The position numbers and the translations under genes are program-made. Below are positions 39,420-51,073 of a stretch of 64,000 bases of DNA, piece by piece; position 1 is the first letter of the stretch, and every line of letters begins with the position of its first letter. Source of the DNA: Campylobacterales bacterium (GTDB lineage: Bacteria; Campylobacterota; Campylobacteria; Campylobacterales; Sulfurospirillaceae); assembly GCA_016930915.1 (NCBI GenBank), contig JAFGFU010000009.1:10081-74080 (forward strand). The letters run 5' to 3'. Under the pieces are notes generated by a model that was not told where the DNA came from, ran no database searches, and saw nothing but the letters and a program-made list of their open reading frames with translations.

Positions 39420-40505
39420 ATGCTCGTTCATATTTGCTGCTCTGTTGACAGCCACTTTTTTTTACAAAAATTACAAGAAACATATCCTTATGAGACTATA
39501 ATAGGATTTTTTTATGACCCCAATATTCACCCTTTTAGTGAGTATCAATTACGGCTTTTGGATGTGAAACGAAGTTGTCAAAAACTAGGAATTGTACTGC
39601 ATGAAGGCACGTACAATTATGAGGGATGGCTTGAGGCAATTCGCGGGTTTGAGAGTGAACCAGAAAAAGGCAAACGGTGTACTATTTGTTTTGATAACAG
39701 GTTAGAAGAAACAGCAAAAAAAGCCCTAGAATTAGGTGAAAAAGTAATAACAACGACTTTACTAACAAGTCCAAAAAAATCATTCTCTCAGTTAGAAGAA
39801 GCGTTAGCACTTATTGCCCAGAAATACCAGCTAGAAAGTATTGCGCCTGATTTTAGAAAAAAGGGTGGTACTCAAGAACAGTTTGCATTAGCAAAAAAAG
39901 ATATGCTTTATCATCAAGATTATTGTGGATGTTTTTTTGCCTTGAAGGTACAAAGAGAGCAACAAAACAGATGGCTAGATGAACTAAGCGCATCTTTAAG
40001 ACCACAAATGCTTCCTTCTTCTATTGAAGAGCGCATAGCGTTGTATGAAAAAGTAATGGAACATGAAGCAAAGCAGACTCCTTTTAGGTTAGTGCGCGAA
40101 AAATTTTTGAATTACAGAGTGTTGCGTGCGTGGGTCAAAAACAATCAAGAAGTGATTCCTAGTTACATACTGTTTTATTCTACATGTAAAAAAGAGTCCA
40201 TTAAAACACACGTCGAATTTATTTCACAAGGTATTGCTTATTTGGCAAAAGAAGAGGCTCGTTTTATTGCATTACAAACGTTTAATACTCAAGCAAACAC
40301 AGCATATAAAACTGTAAAAGAGATGTTACAAAATCCCCCAACTATTGAAACAGAATTAGGTTTCAGAAGAGCCTATCAAAGCTCAGAATGTGCCTCCCTA
40401 AGTCCATTGATTGTCTTAGATGAAATAAAAATTGAGACGTATGAACTCTTTATCCAAAGTAAAACATATCCTGACATTAGAGAAAATTTAGTATTAATTG
40501 GCTAA
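39420..40505 (+). CDS. queH: Epoxyqueuosine reductase QueH (DUF208) with a long C-terminal extension
   Basis: N-terminal MLVHICCSVDS, RCTICFDNRL and YCGC motifs are characteristic of QueH. About 170 further residues have no motif I recognise. Confidence 0.7.
   Translation: MLVHICCSVDSHFFLQKLQETYPYETIIGFFYDPNIHPFSEYQLRLLDVKRSCQKLGIVLHEGTYNYEGWLEAIRGFESEPEKGKRCTICFDNRLEETAKKALELGEKVITTTLLTSPKKSFSQLEEALALIAQKYQLESIAPDFRKKGGTQEQFALAKKDMLYHQDYCGCFFALKVQREQQNRWLDELSASLRPQMLPSSIEERIALYEKVMEHEAKQTPFRLVREKFLNYRVLRAWVKNNQEVIPSYILFYSTCKKESIKTHVEFISQGIAYLAKEEARFIALQTFNTQANTAYKTVKEMLQNPPTIETELGFRRAYQSSECASLSPLIVLDEIKIETYELFIQSKTYPDIRENLVLIG
40179..40190. repeat. Iterated palindrome, 11/12 copy (TcTACATGTAAA)
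   Basis: Inside the C-terminal extension of queH, read as S-T-C-K. Confidence 0.75.
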
Positions 40506-40536
40506 AATATTAGAATTTTGTTAGAAGGTTTTAAAG

Positions 40537-40986
40537 ATGTTAATTGATGTTGTAGAGATCCAAAAAATACTCCCTCACCGCTTCCCTTTTTTACTCATTG
40601 ATCGAGTAACAGCGTTGCATTCAGGCAGTTCTATAGAAGCGTATAAAAATGTTACGATTGGTGAACAGATTTTTCAAGGTCATTTCCCTGATCATCCGAT
40701 TTATCCAGGTGTTATGATTATTGAGGGAATGGCACAAGCAGGTGGCGTCTTAGCATTTAAAAGCATGGATGAAGAGGCTCAAGAAGGGACGAAAGAAAAA
40801 GTAGTTTATTTTATGAGCATTGATAATGCGAAATTTAGAAATCCTGTTCGACCAGGGGATAAATTGGTGTATCAATTGAATGTGTTGAAACACAGAGGCA
40901 ATATTTGGGTACTTGATGCGAAAGCCTATGTGGATGATAAGTTGGTTGCTGAAGCCGAACTTAAAGCTATGATTGTGGATAAATAA
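40537..40986 (+). CDS. fabZ: 3-hydroxyacyl-ACP dehydratase FabZ
   Basis: [32 protein letters not shown] motifs. Confidence 0.96.
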   Translation: MLIDVVEIQKILPHRFPFLLIDRVTALHSGSSIEAYKNVTIGEQIFQGHFPDHPIYPGVMIIEGMAQAGGVLAFKSMDEEAQEGTKEKVVYFMSIDNAKFRNPVRPGDKLVYQLNVLKHRGNIWVLDAKAYVDDKLVAEAELKAMIVDK

Positions 40987-40987
40987 A

Positions 40988-41779
40988 ATGCCAAAAATTC
41001 ACCCAACCGCCGTTGTGGAAGAGGGAGCATTGCTTGAAGCTAATGTTGAGGTGGGTCCTTTTTGTTTTATCTCTAAAGAGGTAAAAATAGGAGAAGGAAC
41101 CAGAATTGCTCAAGGAGCACACATTTGTGGCAATACGACAATTGGTAAACATAATGAAATTTTTTCACATGCAGTATTGGGTTCGATTCCTCAGGATTTA
41201 AAATATGCAGGAGAAGAGGTAGAACTGATTATTGGCGATTATAATAAAATACGCGAATTTACCCTTTTTAATCCAGGCACACTAGGTGGCGGTAGCAAAA
41301 CAGTCATTGGAAACCACAATTTGTTTATGGGGTATGTGCATATTGGGCATGATGTTCATGTCGGTGATCATTGTATTTTAGCCAATGCAGCAACGCTTGC
41401 TGGACATGTTGAAATAGGAAATTATACCGTTATCGGCGGTATGACACCCGTGCATCAGTTTGTTAAAATTGGTGATTTTGCAATGATTGCAGGAGCCTCA
41501 GCACTTTCACAAGATATTCCACCTTTTTGTTTAGCAGAAGGAAATCGTGCGGTGCTTAGAGGATTAAATCTGAATGGTTTGCGTCGTCACTTTGAGCGTA
41601 CAGATATTGATGCTCTTCGTTTGGCGTATCGTAAATTGTTTGAATCAGGACAACCACTTCAAGAAACAGCAGCATCTCTTCTAGCCAATGAAAGCAATGA
41701 AAAAGTATTACAGATGTGTCGTTTTATTGTTGAATCAACCCGTGGGATTCCATTTGAGAGGAAAAATAATGGTGAATAG
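40988..41779 (+). CDS. lpxA: Acyl-ACP--UDP-N-acetylglucosamine O-acyltransferase
   Basis: IHPTAVV start and hexapeptide repeats, downstream of fabZ. The ATG at 40988 follows the fabZ stop. Confidence 0.95.
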   Translation: MPKIHPTAVVEEGALLEANVEVGPFCFISKEVKIGEGTRIAQGAHICGNTTIGKHNEIFSHAVLGSIPQDLKYAGEEVELIIGDYNKIREFTLFNPGTLGGGSKTVIGNHNLFMGYVHIGHDVHVGDHCILANAATLAGHVEIGNYTVIGGMTPVHQFVKIGDFAMIAGASALSQDIPPFCLAEGNRAVLRGLNLNGLRRHFERTDIDALRLAYRKLFESGQPLQETAASLLANESNEKVLQMCRFIVESTRGIPFERKNNGE

Positions 41780-43007
41780 AGAGTGTAGTTTTTGTGGAAC
41801 CAAAGAGAGTAATGATACCCGTTTAATTGCAGGCGATGATGTTTTTATTTGCGAACATTGTGTGATTTCAGCCTATAAGATTTTCTTTGGAGAGATTCCA
41901 GATGCGTCTGTTTCAGCGCAAATACAAGAAGAGACGTTCAATCCAACTTTGCTTACACCTAAAGAGTTAAAAAAAGTTTTAGATGATTTTGTGATTGGGC
42001 AAGACCAAGCAAAAAAGATTTTCTCAGTTGGCGTTTATAATCATTATAAACGTATTTTTAAACAAAGTACGATTTTTGATGATACGGAAATTTCAAAATC
42101 AAATATTTTGCTCATTGGACCAACAGGAAGTGGAAAAACTTTGATGGCACAGACGTTGGCGCGTTTTTTAGATGTGCCTATTGCGATTTCAGATGCAACA
42201 AGTCTTACAGAAGCGGGTTATGTGGGTGAAGATGTGGAGAATATTTTAACTAAGTTGCTTCAAGGTGCTAATGGTGATATTAAAAAAGCGGAGCAAGGTA
42301 TTGTCTTTATTGATGAGATTGATAAAATTGCACGTATGAGTGAAAATCGTTCCATCACCCGTGATGTTTCAGGAGAGGGCGTTCAACAAGCTTTGCTTAA
42401 AATCATCGAGGGTAGCGTAGTAAATATTCCACCTAAGGGTGGACGGAAACACCCTAATCAAGAATTTATTCAAATTGATACGACCAATATTTTATTTGTT
42501 TGTGCGGGTGCATTTGATGGTTTGGAAGAGATTATCAAGCGACGTATTGGCAAAAATGTTTTGGGCTTTGAGCAAGAAAAACGCACTAAGAGTCAAGATG
42601 AGGGACTGTTTGATATGGTAGAGCCTGATGATTTAGTGCATTATGGTTTGATTCCTGAATTGATTGGTCGTTTACATGTAACGGCAAAACTCTCTTCCAT
42701 CACAAAAGAAGATATGGTGCGCATCTTAACAGAGCCTAAAAATGCTATTTACAAACAATATCAAAAATTATTTGCGATTGATAATGTCGAGTTGACGTTT
42801 GAAAAAGAAGCATTAGAAGCAGTTGCAGAACTTGCAATTAAACGAAAAACGGGTGCACGTGGACTCCGAAGTATTATGGAAGAGCTTATGGTGGATGTGA
42901 TGTATGAACTTCCAGAATTAGAGGGATATGAAGTGATTGTCACTCAAGATGCTGTTTTAAAAGGCGAAAAACCTCTTTATATCAAAAAAGATAAAAAAAG
43001 CGCATAA
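41769..43007 (+). CDS. clpX: ATP-dependent Clp protease ATP-binding subunit ClpX
   Basis: N-terminal zinc-binding CSFCG...CEHC, Walker [28 protein letters not shown] prefer the ATG at 41769 to the long track ORF. Confidence 0.96.
   Translation: MVNRECSFCGTKESNDTRLIAGDDVFICEHCVISAYKIFFGEIPDASVSAQIQEETFNPTLLTPKELKKVLDDFVIGQDQAKKIFSVGVYNHYKRIFKQSTIFDDTEISKSNILLIGPTGSGKTLMAQTLARFLDVPIAISDATSLTEAGYVGEDVENILTKLLQGANGDIKKAEQGIVFIDEIDKIARMSENRSITRDVSGEGVQQALLKIIEGSVVNIPPKGGRKHPNQEFIQIDTTNILFVCAGAFDGLEEIIKRRIGKNVLGFEQEKRTKSQDEGLFDMVEPDDLVHYGLIPELIGRLHVTAKLSSITKEDMVRILTEPKNAIYKQYQKLFAIDNVELTFEKEALEAVAELAIKRKTGARGLRSIMEELMVDVMYELPELEGYEVIVTQDAVLKGEKPLYIKKDKKSA
42671..42682. repeat. Iterated palindrome, 11/12 copy (TTTACATGTAAc)
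   Basis: Inside clpX, read as L-H-V-T. Confidence 0.8.
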
Positions 43008-43022
43008 AAAAGGATAGATGAG

Positions 43023-44057
43023 ATGATTTTAGATAAGTTGATAGGGTTTTTCTCAAGCGATATGAGTATTGATCTTGGAACAGCCAATACACTTGTGCTG
43101 GTAAAAGGTAAAGGAATTATTATTAATGAGCCTTCTGTTGTTGCCGTACAGCGTAATCGTTATGGTAAGCAAAATATTTTAGCAGTGGGTAAAGAAGCAA
43201 AAAATATGGTGGGAAAAACACCAGGTGATATTGAAGCGATTCGTCCTATGCGCGATGGCGTGATTGCTGATTTTGATATGACAGAGAAGATGATTCGTTA
43301 TTTCATTGAAAAAGCACATCGTAGAAAAAGCTTTTTGCGTCCACGTATTATTATTTGTGTGCCTTATGGTTTAACACAAGTAGAGCGAAAAGCAGTCCGT
43401 GAATCTGCTATGAGTGCCGGTGCACGTGAAGTCTTTTTGATTGAAGAACCTATGGCAGCAGCAATTGGCGCAGGGCTTCCAATTCGTGAGCCTCAAGGAA
43501 GTTTGGTAGTAGATATCGGTGGTGGTACGACAGAAATTGGTGTCGTCTCTTTAGGAGGATTGGTCATCAGCAAATCAATTCGTGTGGCTGGTGATAAGAT
43601 TGATATGGCGATCGTGGATTACGTTAAGAAAAAATACAATCTTCTCATTGGTGAGCGAACAGGTGAAGAGATTAAAATTTCGATTGGTACAGCTATTCCT
43701 ATTGAAGAGCCTCTCTCTATGGTCGTGAAAGGACGTGATCAGGTGAGTGGTCTTTTAAGTCGTATTGAACTCTCAAGTGAAGATGTGAGAGATGCGATTA
43801 AAGAGCCACTTAAAGAGGTTGCAGATGCACTCAAAGATGTCCTAGAAGTGATGCCTCCTGATTTAGCAGGCGATATTGTTGAAAATGGTATTGTTTTAAC
43901 GGGAGGTGGTGCTTTGATTCGTGGATTTGATAAGTATCTCTCAGACATTGTGAAATTGCCGGTATTTGTTGCAGATGAGCCTCTTTTAGCGGTTGCTAAA
44001 GGTACAGGTAAAGCACTCGAAGAGATTGACCTTTTACAGCAATTATCGAATGAATAA
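43023..44057 (+). CDS. mreB: Rod shape-determining protein MreB
   Basis: [29 protein letters not shown] actin-fold motifs. Confidence 0.96.
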   Translation: MILDKLIGFFSSDMSIDLGTANTLVLVKGKGIIINEPSVVAVQRNRYGKQNILAVGKEAKNMVGKTPGDIEAIRPMRDGVIADFDMTEKMIRYFIEKAHRRKSFLRPRIIICVPYGLTQVERKAVRESAMSAGAREVFLIEEPMAAAIGAGLPIREPQGSLVVDIGGGTTEIGVVSLGGLVISKSIRVAGDKIDMAIVDYVKKKYNLLIGERTGEEIKISIGTAIPIEEPLSMVVKGRDQVSGLLSRIELSSEDVRDAIKEPLKEVADALKDVLEVMPPDLAGDIVENGIVLTGGGALIRGFDKYLSDIVKLPVFVADEPLLAVAKGTGKALEEIDLLQQLSNE

Positions 44058-44790
44058 ACTTAAAATTCTGATTTTGTGTGTCGCTTTTGTGTTTGTATCG
44101 TTTCGATACGGCACAGAAGCACGAAATATTATCGCAGGATTTCAAAATCAAATTTTGGCAATGTATGTTGAGATTAAACGAACCATTACGGAAAAGATTA
44201 CGGAGCATATTAGTCAACAAGAAGAGATTAAATGTTTGCGCATTGAAAATCAAACATTACAAAAATCAGCTGTTTTATCTATTGCCTTCGCAAGTAAGTT
44301 AAACGATTTATTAAAGGAACATAACACAACAGGGTATCATCCTAGCGTGACGTTGGTTCAATCTATTGGGTATGCTAATTTAAATGATTATGGAAAAGTA
44401 TGGCTTCGCTTTGATGATTTTAATCAAAGTAGAATTTATGGACTTTTGCAAAAAGGTTACGCAGCAGGTATTGTTGTTGCCAATGATGGCCATCCTCAGG
44501 CGTTGTTACTCAGTGACCCAAAATCTATTTTTGCTGTTTATGTCGGTGATAGTAAAATGCAAGGTATTGTACAAGGCAATCGTAAAGAGGTATTGGTCAG
44601 ATATATCTCACAATGGTTACAACCTCAAGTGGGTGATGAAGTTGTGACAAGTGGTCTTGATGGAATCTTTTTTGAAGGAATAAAAGTAGGTGTGGTTTCT
44701 AAAGTCATTGAAGAAGAGTCTTCAAAAACAGTGGTAATAACCCCTTATGTTACACCGCATGTACCGTCGTATATGCATGTGATTAAATAA
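44050..44790 (+). CDS. mreC: Rod shape-determining protein MreC
   Basis: Follows mreB with an 8-nt overlap (ATGAATAA). N-terminal TM, coiled coil and C-terminal beta domain ([17 protein letters not shown]). Confidence 0.82.
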   Translation: MNKLKILILCVAFVFVSFRYGTEARNIIAGFQNQILAMYVEIKRTITEKITEHISQQEEIKCLRIENQTLQKSAVLSIAFASKLNDLLKEHNTTGYHPSVTLVQSIGYANLNDYGKVWLRFDDFNQSRIYGLLQKGYAAGIVVANDGHPQALLLSDPKSIFAVYVGDSKMQGIVQGNRKEVLVRYISQWLQPQVGDEVVTSGLDGIFFEGIKVGVVSKVIEEESSKTVVITPYVTPHVPSYMHVIK

Positions 44791-44856
44791 AATGAATATT
44801 GAATCCAGTCTCTTCGGACATTGGCTTGAATATTACATGTAGATTAAAGGAAAAAG

Positions 44857-47800
44857 ATGCCAAAACGTCAAGATATTAAAACCATATTATTAATTGGATC
44901 AGGTCCAATTGTCATCGGACAGGCATGTGAATTTGACTATTCGGGAACGCAAGCAGCAAAAACACTTAAAGAGTTAGGCTATCGTGTTGTTTTGGTGAAT
45001 TCAAATCCTGCAACGATTATGACTGACCCTGAGTTTGCAGATAGAACGTATATCGAACCGATTACTCCTGAAGTGATTGCACGCATTATTGAAAAAGAGA
45101 GTGTTGATGCTGTACTTCCAACCATGGGTGGGCAAACAGCGCTGAATGTTGCCATGACCATGCATGAAAAAGGGATGCTCAACAATGTCACATTTTTAGG
45201 CGCAAATCCTGCGGCGATTAAAAAAGGTGAAGATAGACAAGCTTTTAAAGAGGCGATGTTAAAAATCGGGATGGATTTACCGATTAGTGCGTATGCTTAC
45301 AATATGGAAGATGCGTATGCAGCGGCTGAAAAAATTGGATTCCCGCTTATTATCCGTGCTTCTTATACCCTAGCAGGTGGCGGTAGTGGTGTTGCGTATA
45401 ACATTGATGAGTTTAAAGAGTTGGCGATGGCGGGATTGGATGCGAGCCCTATTAATGAGATTTTGATTGAAGAGTCACTCTTAGGATGGAAAGAGTATGA
45501 GATGGAAGTCATTCGAGATCGTGCAGATAACTGCATTATCGTCTGTTCCATTGAAAACCTAGACCCAATGGGTGTACATACGGGCGATTCGATTACCATT
45601 GCACCAGCGCTTACGTTAACGGATAAAGAGTACCAACGTATGCGAAATGCTTCGTTTGCTATTTTGCGTGAAATTGGCGTGGATACAGGTGGAAGTAACG
45701 TCCAATTTTCAATTTGTCCTAACACAGGTCGTATGACGGTGATTGAGATGAATCCTCGTGTAAGCCGAAGTTCTGCGCTTGCGTCAAAAGCAACAGGTTA
45801 TCCTATTGCCAAAGTGGCAACACTCTTGGCGGTTGGTTTTACGCTTGATGAGATTAAAAATGACATCACAGGTACAGCGGCAAGTTTTGAGCCTGTCATT
45901 GACTACATTGTGACAAAAGTTCCTCGTTTTACCTTTGAAAAATTTCCACTGGCGGATTCGACTTTGACCACTTCTATGAAGAGTGTGGGTGAAGTTATGG
46001 CGATTGGTCGTACGTTTAAAGAGTCATTTCAAAAAGCCCTCTGCTCACTTGAGACCAATTTAAGTGGTTTTGAGAGCATAAAAGTGGATGAAGAGAAACT
46101 CAAAAATGAGATTCGCCGACCTAATGCGGATAGAATGCTCTATGTGGGTGAGGCATTCCGTCGTGGATACAGCGTGGAAGATATTTTTGCATTAAGTAAA
46201 ATTGACCCATGGTTTTTAAATCAGTTTAAAGAGATTATTGATTTTGAAAAAAAGATTGATATGTTTATTTTAAATGATGAAAAGCTTTTACGTCAGGCAA
46301 AAACGATGGGCTTTTCGGATAAGATGATTGCAAAACTCATTAATCAAGAAGATAATTTAGAACTAACCTCAAATGACATTTATTTTGCACGAACCAAACT
46401 TGGGATTGATTTTGAGTACAATGAAGTCGATACGTGTGCAGCAGAGTTTAAAGCCTTAACACCGTACCTTTACTCCACAACCAATGTGACAAAACTTCCT
46501 TTACATGTAAAAGAAAAAGATGCGCAGAAAAAGGTGATGATTATTGGCGGTGGACCAAATCGTATTGGACAAGGTATCGAGTTTGATTACTGTTGTGTTC
46601 ATGCGGCGTATGCTCTTAATGACATGGGTGTGAAAACGATTATGTACAACTGTAATCCTGAGACGGTTTCAACCGATTATGACACCAGTGATATTCTTTA
46701 CTTTGAGCCGATTGATTTTGAACACGTAAGAAGTGTGGTTGAAAAAGAGAACCCCGATGGGATTATCGTTCATTTTGGTGGACAAACACCCCTTAAATTG
46801 GCGAAGAAATTAACCGTTATGGGTGCGAAAATCATTGGTACAACTGCCCGTGTGATTGATATGGCAGAAGATAGAGAGAAATTTTCAAAATTTATTACCG
46901 AAAATAACATTAAGCAACCTAACAATGCGACTGCAACCAGCGAAGAAGAGGCAATTGAAAAAGCTAAAGCGATTGGTTACCCTGTTTTAGTGCGTCCAAG
47001 TTATGTTCTAGGTGGACGTGCGATGCGTATCGTCTACAACGAGAGTGAGCTTAGAACCTATATGAACGAAGCGGTGAGTGTCAGCCACAATTCACCTGTT
47101 CTGATTGACCAGTTCTTAGACCGTGCGATTGAGGTGGATGTGGATGCTATTTGTGATGGCAAAGATGTTTACATTGGTGGCATTATGCAACATATCGAAG
47201 AAGCGGGTATTCACAGTGGCGATAGCGCATGTTCTTTGCCAAGCGTGAGTTTAAGTGATGCAATTCTTTCAAAAATTGAAGCGCAAACACAACAAATTGC
47301 TTTGAATTTAGGCGTTGTCGGTTTGATGAATATCCAATACGCTATCTATCAAGACGATGTCTATATGATTGAAGTCAATCCACGTGCAAGCCGTACGGTA
47401 CCATTTGTAAGTAAAGCAACGGGCATGCCAATGGCAAAAGTTGCAACCCGTGTCATGTTCCAAGGAAACCTTCGTGAAGCGCTTAAATTTTACGATAAAT
47501 TTGATGTAGTACGCGAAGAAAATGGGATTTTAAAACCTAAGAAGTTTGATCATGTTGCGGTTAAAGAAGCCGTATTTCCATTTAACAAGCTTCAAGGTGC
47601 TGATCTTATCTTAGGACCTGAAATGAAATCCACCGGTGAAGTTATGGGCATTAGTAAAAACTTCCCAGCCTCGTTTGCAAAAAGCCAAATTGCTTCCTCC
47701 AACGTGCTGCCAAAAAGTGGCGCGGTATTTATCTCATTAGTTGATATTGACAAAAGTTTTGCGAAACAAATTGGTGAGAAATTTGTTCAATTGGGATTTA

Positions 47801-48114
47801 AAGTGGTTGCCACAGGTGGTACACATAAAGCGCTTCAAGAAGCAGGTGTGGATGCAGAGTTTGTCTATAAAATCAGCGAGGGTCGTCCAAATATCGAAGA
47901 TAAACTTAAAAATGGGGATATTGCGCTTGTCATTAACACGAGTGATGCCAAATCAAGCAAAGACGATGCGAAGAAAATTCGCCAAGCCGTTCTTCGTTTT
48001 AAAATTCCTTATTTTACAACCGTAGCCGCTGCTGCTGCTGCGACAGAGTCTATTGAGTATATTCAAGATAAAAGCGCACTTGAGCCACGTGCGTTACAAG
48101 ACTATTTAAACTAA
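44857..48114 (+). CDS. carB: Carbamoyl-phosphate synthase large subunit
   Basis: 1085 aa with duplicated ATP-grasp halves ([17 protein letters not shown] / [16 protein letters not shown]) and a C-terminal MGS-like domain. Confidence 0.97.
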   Translation: MPKRQDIKTILLIGSGPIVIGQACEFDYSGTQAAKTLKELGYRVVLVNSNPATIMTDPEFADRTYIEPITPEVIARIIEKESVDAVLPTMGGQTALNVAMTMHEKGMLNNVTFLGANPAAIKKGEDRQAFKEAMLKIGMDLPISAYAYNMEDAYAAAEKIGFPLIIRASYTLAGGGSGVAYNIDEFKELAMAGLDASPINEILIEESLLGWKEYEMEVIRDRADNCIIVCSIENLDPMGVHTGDSITIAPALTLTDKEYQRMRNASFAILREIGVDTGGSNVQFSICPNTGRMTVIEMNPRVSRSSALASKATGYPIAKVATLLAVGFTLDEIKNDITGTAASFEPVIDYIVTKVPRFTFEKFPLADSTLTTSMKSVGEVMAIGRTFKESFQKALCSLETNLSGFESIKVDEEKLKNEIRRPNADRMLYVGEAFRRGYSVEDIFALSKIDPWFLNQFKEIIDFEKKIDMFILNDEKLLRQAKTMGFSDKMIAKLINQEDNLELTSNDIYFARTKLGIDFEYNEVDTCAAEFKALTPYLYSTTNVTKLPLHVKEKDAQKKVMIIGGGPNRIGQGIEFDYCCVHAAYALNDMGVKTIMYNCNPETVSTDYDTSDILYFEPIDFEHVRSVVEKENPDGIIVHFGGQTPLKLAKKLTVMGAKIIGTTARVIDMAEDREKFSKFITENNIKQPNNATATSEEEAIEKAKAIGYPVLVRPSYVLGGRAMRIVYNESELRTYMNEAVSVSHNSPVLIDQFLDRAIEVDVDAICDGKDVYIGGIMQHIEEAGIHSGDSACSLPSVSLSDAILSKIEAQTQQIALNLGVVGLMNIQYAIYQDDVYMIEVNPRASRTVPFVSKATGMPMAKVATRVMFQGNLREALKFYDKFDVVREENGILKPKKFDHVAVKEAVFPFNKLQGADLILGPEMKSTGEVMGISKNFPASFAKSQIASSNVLPKSGAVFISLVDIDKSFAKQIGEKFVQLGFKVVATGGTHKALQEAGVDAEFVYKISEGRPNIEDKLKNGDIALVINTSDAKSSKDDAKKIRQAVLRFKIPYFTTVAAAAAATESIEYIQDKSALEPRALQDYLN
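46500..46511. repeat. Iterated palindrome TTTACATGTAAA, perfect copy
   Basis: 12/12; inside carB, in the linker between the two synthetase halves, read as L-H-V-K. Confidence 0.95.
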
Positions 48115-48119
48115 AAATT

Positions 48120-48560
48120 ATGAATTCCCAGCTGGTATATCTCGTACAAACAGAGACAACAGCGGGTTTTCTCTCTCAAAATGCGGACGCACTCATTCAA
48201 ACGAAAAACCGCCCAAGCGGTAAATCGTTTTTGATGAGTGTGGATTCGCTCTTTACCCTTCGTTCATTCATAAGAGTTCCAACGCTTCATAAAAATCTTG
48301 TACGACGCTCCAAAAAAACAACGTTTGCTTATCCGTGTGGCTTAGCGATTCGTGTGGTGAAAGATGAGGTGCATTTGGAATTTTTACGCAAACTAAAATG
48401 GAGTTATTCGACCTCTTCCAACCCTAGTGGAAAAGGTTTTAATGAAGCATTTGCCAAAGAAAAAGCTGACGTGATTGTTTTTACATGTAAAGGTTTTTAT
48501 GAAGATAAACCCTCAATGATTTACAGACTAGGCAGAGTGAAAAAGAATCGATTGCGATGA
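48120..48560 (+). CDS. Short Sua5/YciO/YrdC-family protein
   Basis: 146 aa. The N-terminal VYLVQTETTAGFLSQ resembles the YrdC-fold signature (PTDTVYGL-like position); the match is weak. Confidence 0.5.
   Translation: MNSQLVYLVQTETTAGFLSQNADALIQTKNRPSGKSFLMSVDSLFTLRSFIRVPTLHKNLVRRSKKTTFAYPCGLAIRVVKDEVHLEFLRKLKWSYSTSSNPSGKGFNEAFAKEKADVIVFTCKGFYEDKPSMIYRLGRVKKNRLR
48480..48491. repeat. Iterated palindrome TTTACATGTAAA, perfect copy
   Basis: 12/12; inside the YrdC-like gene, read as F-T-C-K. Confidence 0.95.
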
Positions 48561-49414
48561 GAATAACTATGAATCAGTACGATGCAACAGCTATCCTAAA
48601 AACATTCATGCAAGAGATTCATAAAGATAAATGGCTTATCCCTTTTGTCATAATATTTTATTTTAGTATGGTATTTGTCTTAATTCCTTGTGCATTATTT
48701 TGGGTGTTTTCAATGATGATGTATGCTGATTTACCTATAACAGATCATTATATGGCGTTTATTGCTTATAAGACTCCATTTGTATTGGTTCCTTTTTCGT
48801 TTGTTTTACTTTTTTATTTTTACAGTGTTTATCCTGAGATAGATAATAAAGACAAAAAGGTGTATCGAAAAGCAAGAAATTTCATGTTAATCACTATGAT
48901 AATGGGCTGTGTTCCCATATTTATCGCAGAGTATCGATTGGTGTGGATTATTCTTTATAGTTTTGTATTTATACTGACTCTTTATTTTCTTTCTCTTTCG
49001 TATCTGGATAGAGAGGAATATTATGGAAGGGTTTTACTCAATAGCTATGATGATTTGGGTGTTTATGGAATAATGGACAATCCTATCAGTGTGCAGGATG
49101 ATGTTAATAGAGCAAAATTAACTGTAGCTACAGCCTCAACAGGTTTTTTATTTGTGACCTTATTTGTAAAATCTTTTTTGAAATCTTTAATTTATTTTCT
49201 AGCGATTTGTGATAGAAAAAATATTTTTGAAGCGGTACGTTATTTGGATGAAGCTTTTGAAAACAACATGGAACCATTAAATGTATTGCAAAATTACTAT
49301 GTAAAATCTATTTTGAGTTATAAAGGATATATTGAATATTCAATGAATGGGTATGTTTTAACGGAAAAAAGCAGAGACTTAGCTTTAAAGGTGAAGAACA
49401 ATCCTCGCATATAA
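48557..49414 (+). CDS. Polytopic membrane protein, function unknown (AT-rich orphan)
   Basis: 285 aa with about 5 TM segments and a soluble C-terminal tail. ATGA overlap with the upstream gene; visibly lower G+C than its neighbours. Confidence 0.5.
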   Translation: MRITMNQYDATAILKTFMQEIHKDKWLIPFVIIFYFSMVFVLIPCALFWVFSMMMYADLPITDHYMAFIAYKTPFVLVPFSFVLLFYFYSVYPEIDNKDKKVYRKARNFMLITMIMGCVPIFIAEYRLVWIILYSFVFILTLYFLSLSYLDREEYYGRVLLNSYDDLGVYGIMDNPISVQDDVNRAKLTVATASTGFLFVTLFVKSFLKSLIYFLAICDRKNIFEAVRYLDEAFENNMEPLNVLQNYYVKSILSYKGYIEYSMNGYVLTEKSRDLALKVKNNPRI

Positions 49415-49435
49415 GGATTATTCTCCATTATTTTT

Positions 49436-49804
49436 TTATTTATGGCTACTGCAGGTGTGATTTGGGTCAATTTTAGCGACATTACCTGCTAAAAAAGCAC
49501 GTAAAGAGTCTTCTAAAATCTCATTTTTATCATCAAAATAGACATCAATACCAAGAGCTAGAAATTTTTTCAAAGGCTCTCCACCAATACCTCCAACAAT
49601 CAGAACATCTGCCCCAAGAGATTGAATATTAGTTACGGCATTTTGACATGCACCAGTGACATGTCCAGGATTTTTATGAACACTTACATCTTTTACGATG
49701 CCATCTTCAACGTTTACAACGGTATAAAAATTGGCTCGACCAAAGTGTGCACCACGTTTAGCACTTAGCCCATCATCTTTGGTTGTAGGAAATACAATAA
49801 TCAT
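49436..49804 (-). CDS. NifB/NifX-family (dinitrogenase Fe-Mo cofactor-binding fold) protein, ORP-like
   Basis: 122 aa; HFGRANFYTV...GADVLIVGGIGGEPLKKF pattern of the NifX/NifB/ORP fold. Confidence 0.75.
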   Translation of the reverse strand: MIIVFPTTKDDGLSAKRGAHFGRANFYTVVNVEDGIVKDVSVHKNPGHVTGACQNAVTNIQSLGADVLIVGGIGGEPLKKFLALGIDVYFDDKNEILEDSLRAFLAGNVAKIDPNHTCSSHK

Positions 49805-49854
49805 AACTTAACCTTTTATTTATTTTTTAGAATAGTTATTTTAACGCTTTTAAA

Positions 49855-50193
49855 CTAAAACTTTTCCAGTCTGCCATCTTGATAGGCTTTGTACGCTTCA
49901 GCCACGCTCATTTCACCAGCACCAACATAAATAACGGTATTCATTTGTGCCAACACCGCACGAGCATTTTCTCCAGGGCCATTTCCTGTAATAATGACAT
50001 CCACACCTAAATCTGCCATTACTTTTGCCATTTTAGGACCTGCACCGTGTTCTTGATTGACAATTTCACGATTGTCGTGAATGGTGATTTGCCCACTTTG
50101 TTCATCAAAAACAAGGACATAATAGGTACGTCCAAATCGTGCTTCCATCATTGATTCCCATGCAGGGTCTTTGGTTGTAAAGGCTATTTTCAT
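49855..50193 (-). CDS. NifB/NifX-family protein, ORP-like (second copy)
   Basis: 112 aa; RFGRTYYVLVFD...GVDVIITGNGPGENA pattern of the same fold. Confidence 0.75.
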   Translation of the reverse strand: MKIAFTTKDPAWESMMEARFGRTYYVLVFDEQSGQITIHDNREIVNQEHGAGPKMAKVMADLGVDVIITGNGPGENARAVLAQMNTVIYVGAGEMSVAEAYKAYQDGRLEKF

Positions 50194-50194
50194 T

Positions 50195-51073
50195 TTATAC
50201 TCCTAATGTATTTTTTATGGTTTCAAAACTTTCTTCAAGTAACTTTTTTAAAGGCTCATCGCTGTATTCGGTGATGGTTTTTGCTTCAACCATCGCTTGT
50301 GTAAAGGCTTTATTGTAAGGAATACTCTTTACATGTAAAATGGATTCTTCCCTCAAAAAGGCTTCAATCTGCGCACATACTTCAGGATTTAAATCTGCTT
50401 TGTTAATAATGCATCCCGCTTTAATACGAAATTTTTTCACGACTTCATAGACGCGTTTTAAATCGTGCAGACCTGAAAGGGTTGGCTCAGTTACGAGCAA
50501 GGCAAAATTGGCGCCACTGAGGGAAGAGACCACTGGACAGCCAATGCCAGGTGAACCATCCACAATCATCAAGGATTTATTTTTCGCCAAGGCAATGGCT
50601 TTGCCCTCTTTTTTGACTTTGGCGACCAATTTACCTGAATTTTCAGCGCCAATACCTAGTTTTGCGTGCACCATATCGCTTCCGTATTTGGTTTGAGATG
50701 TAAACCACGCTCCCGCCAAACGCTCATTCATCGAAATTGCTTTTGGACGGCACACTTTTTCACAGTATCCACACCCCTCGCACGAGAGTTCATCCACAAC
50801 ATAGCGACCATTTTGTAGGACAATCGCATCAAAACGGCACACCTGTGCACATCGTCCGCAATTACGGCAGGTATCTGGGTCAATGTGGGCTAAAACACCG
50901 CTGTAAAAATCCTCTTTGTGATCAAAATCGGGTTGAAGTAAAAGGTGCATATCTGCTGCGTCCACATCGCAATCCACAACCACACATGCATTTTTAGCTA
51001 AACTTGCTAGCGCTGCGGTAATCGACGTTTTTCCTGTACCGCCTTTGCCTGAAATGACGACAATCTCTTTCAT
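50195..51073 (-). CDS. MinD/ParA-type P-loop ATPase with inserted 2x[4Fe-4S] ferredoxin domain
   Basis: Deviant Walker A SGKGGTGKTS, inserted CRNCGRCAQVC and CEGCGYCEKVC motifs, and DGSPGIGCPV switch region. Confidence 0.85.
   Translation of the reverse strand: MKEIVVISGKGGTGKTSITAALASLAKNACVVVDCDVDAADMHLLLQPDFDHKEDFYSGVLAHIDPDTCRNCGRCAQVCRFDAIVLQNGRYVVDELSCEGCGYCEKVCRPKAISMNERLAGAWFTSQTKYGSDMVHAKLGIGAENSGKLVAKVKKEGKAIALAKNKSLMIVDGSPGIGCPVVSSLSGANFALLVTEPTLSGLHDLKRVYEVVKKFRIKAGCIINKADLNPEVCAQIEAFLREESILHVKSIPYNKAFTQAMVEAKTITEYSDEPLKKLLEESFETIKNTLGV
50328..50339. repeat. Iterated palindrome TTTACATGTAAA, perfect copy
   Basis: 12/12; inside the MinD-type Fe-S ATPase gene 50195-51073 (minus strand), read as L-H-V-K. 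Confidence 0.95.
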
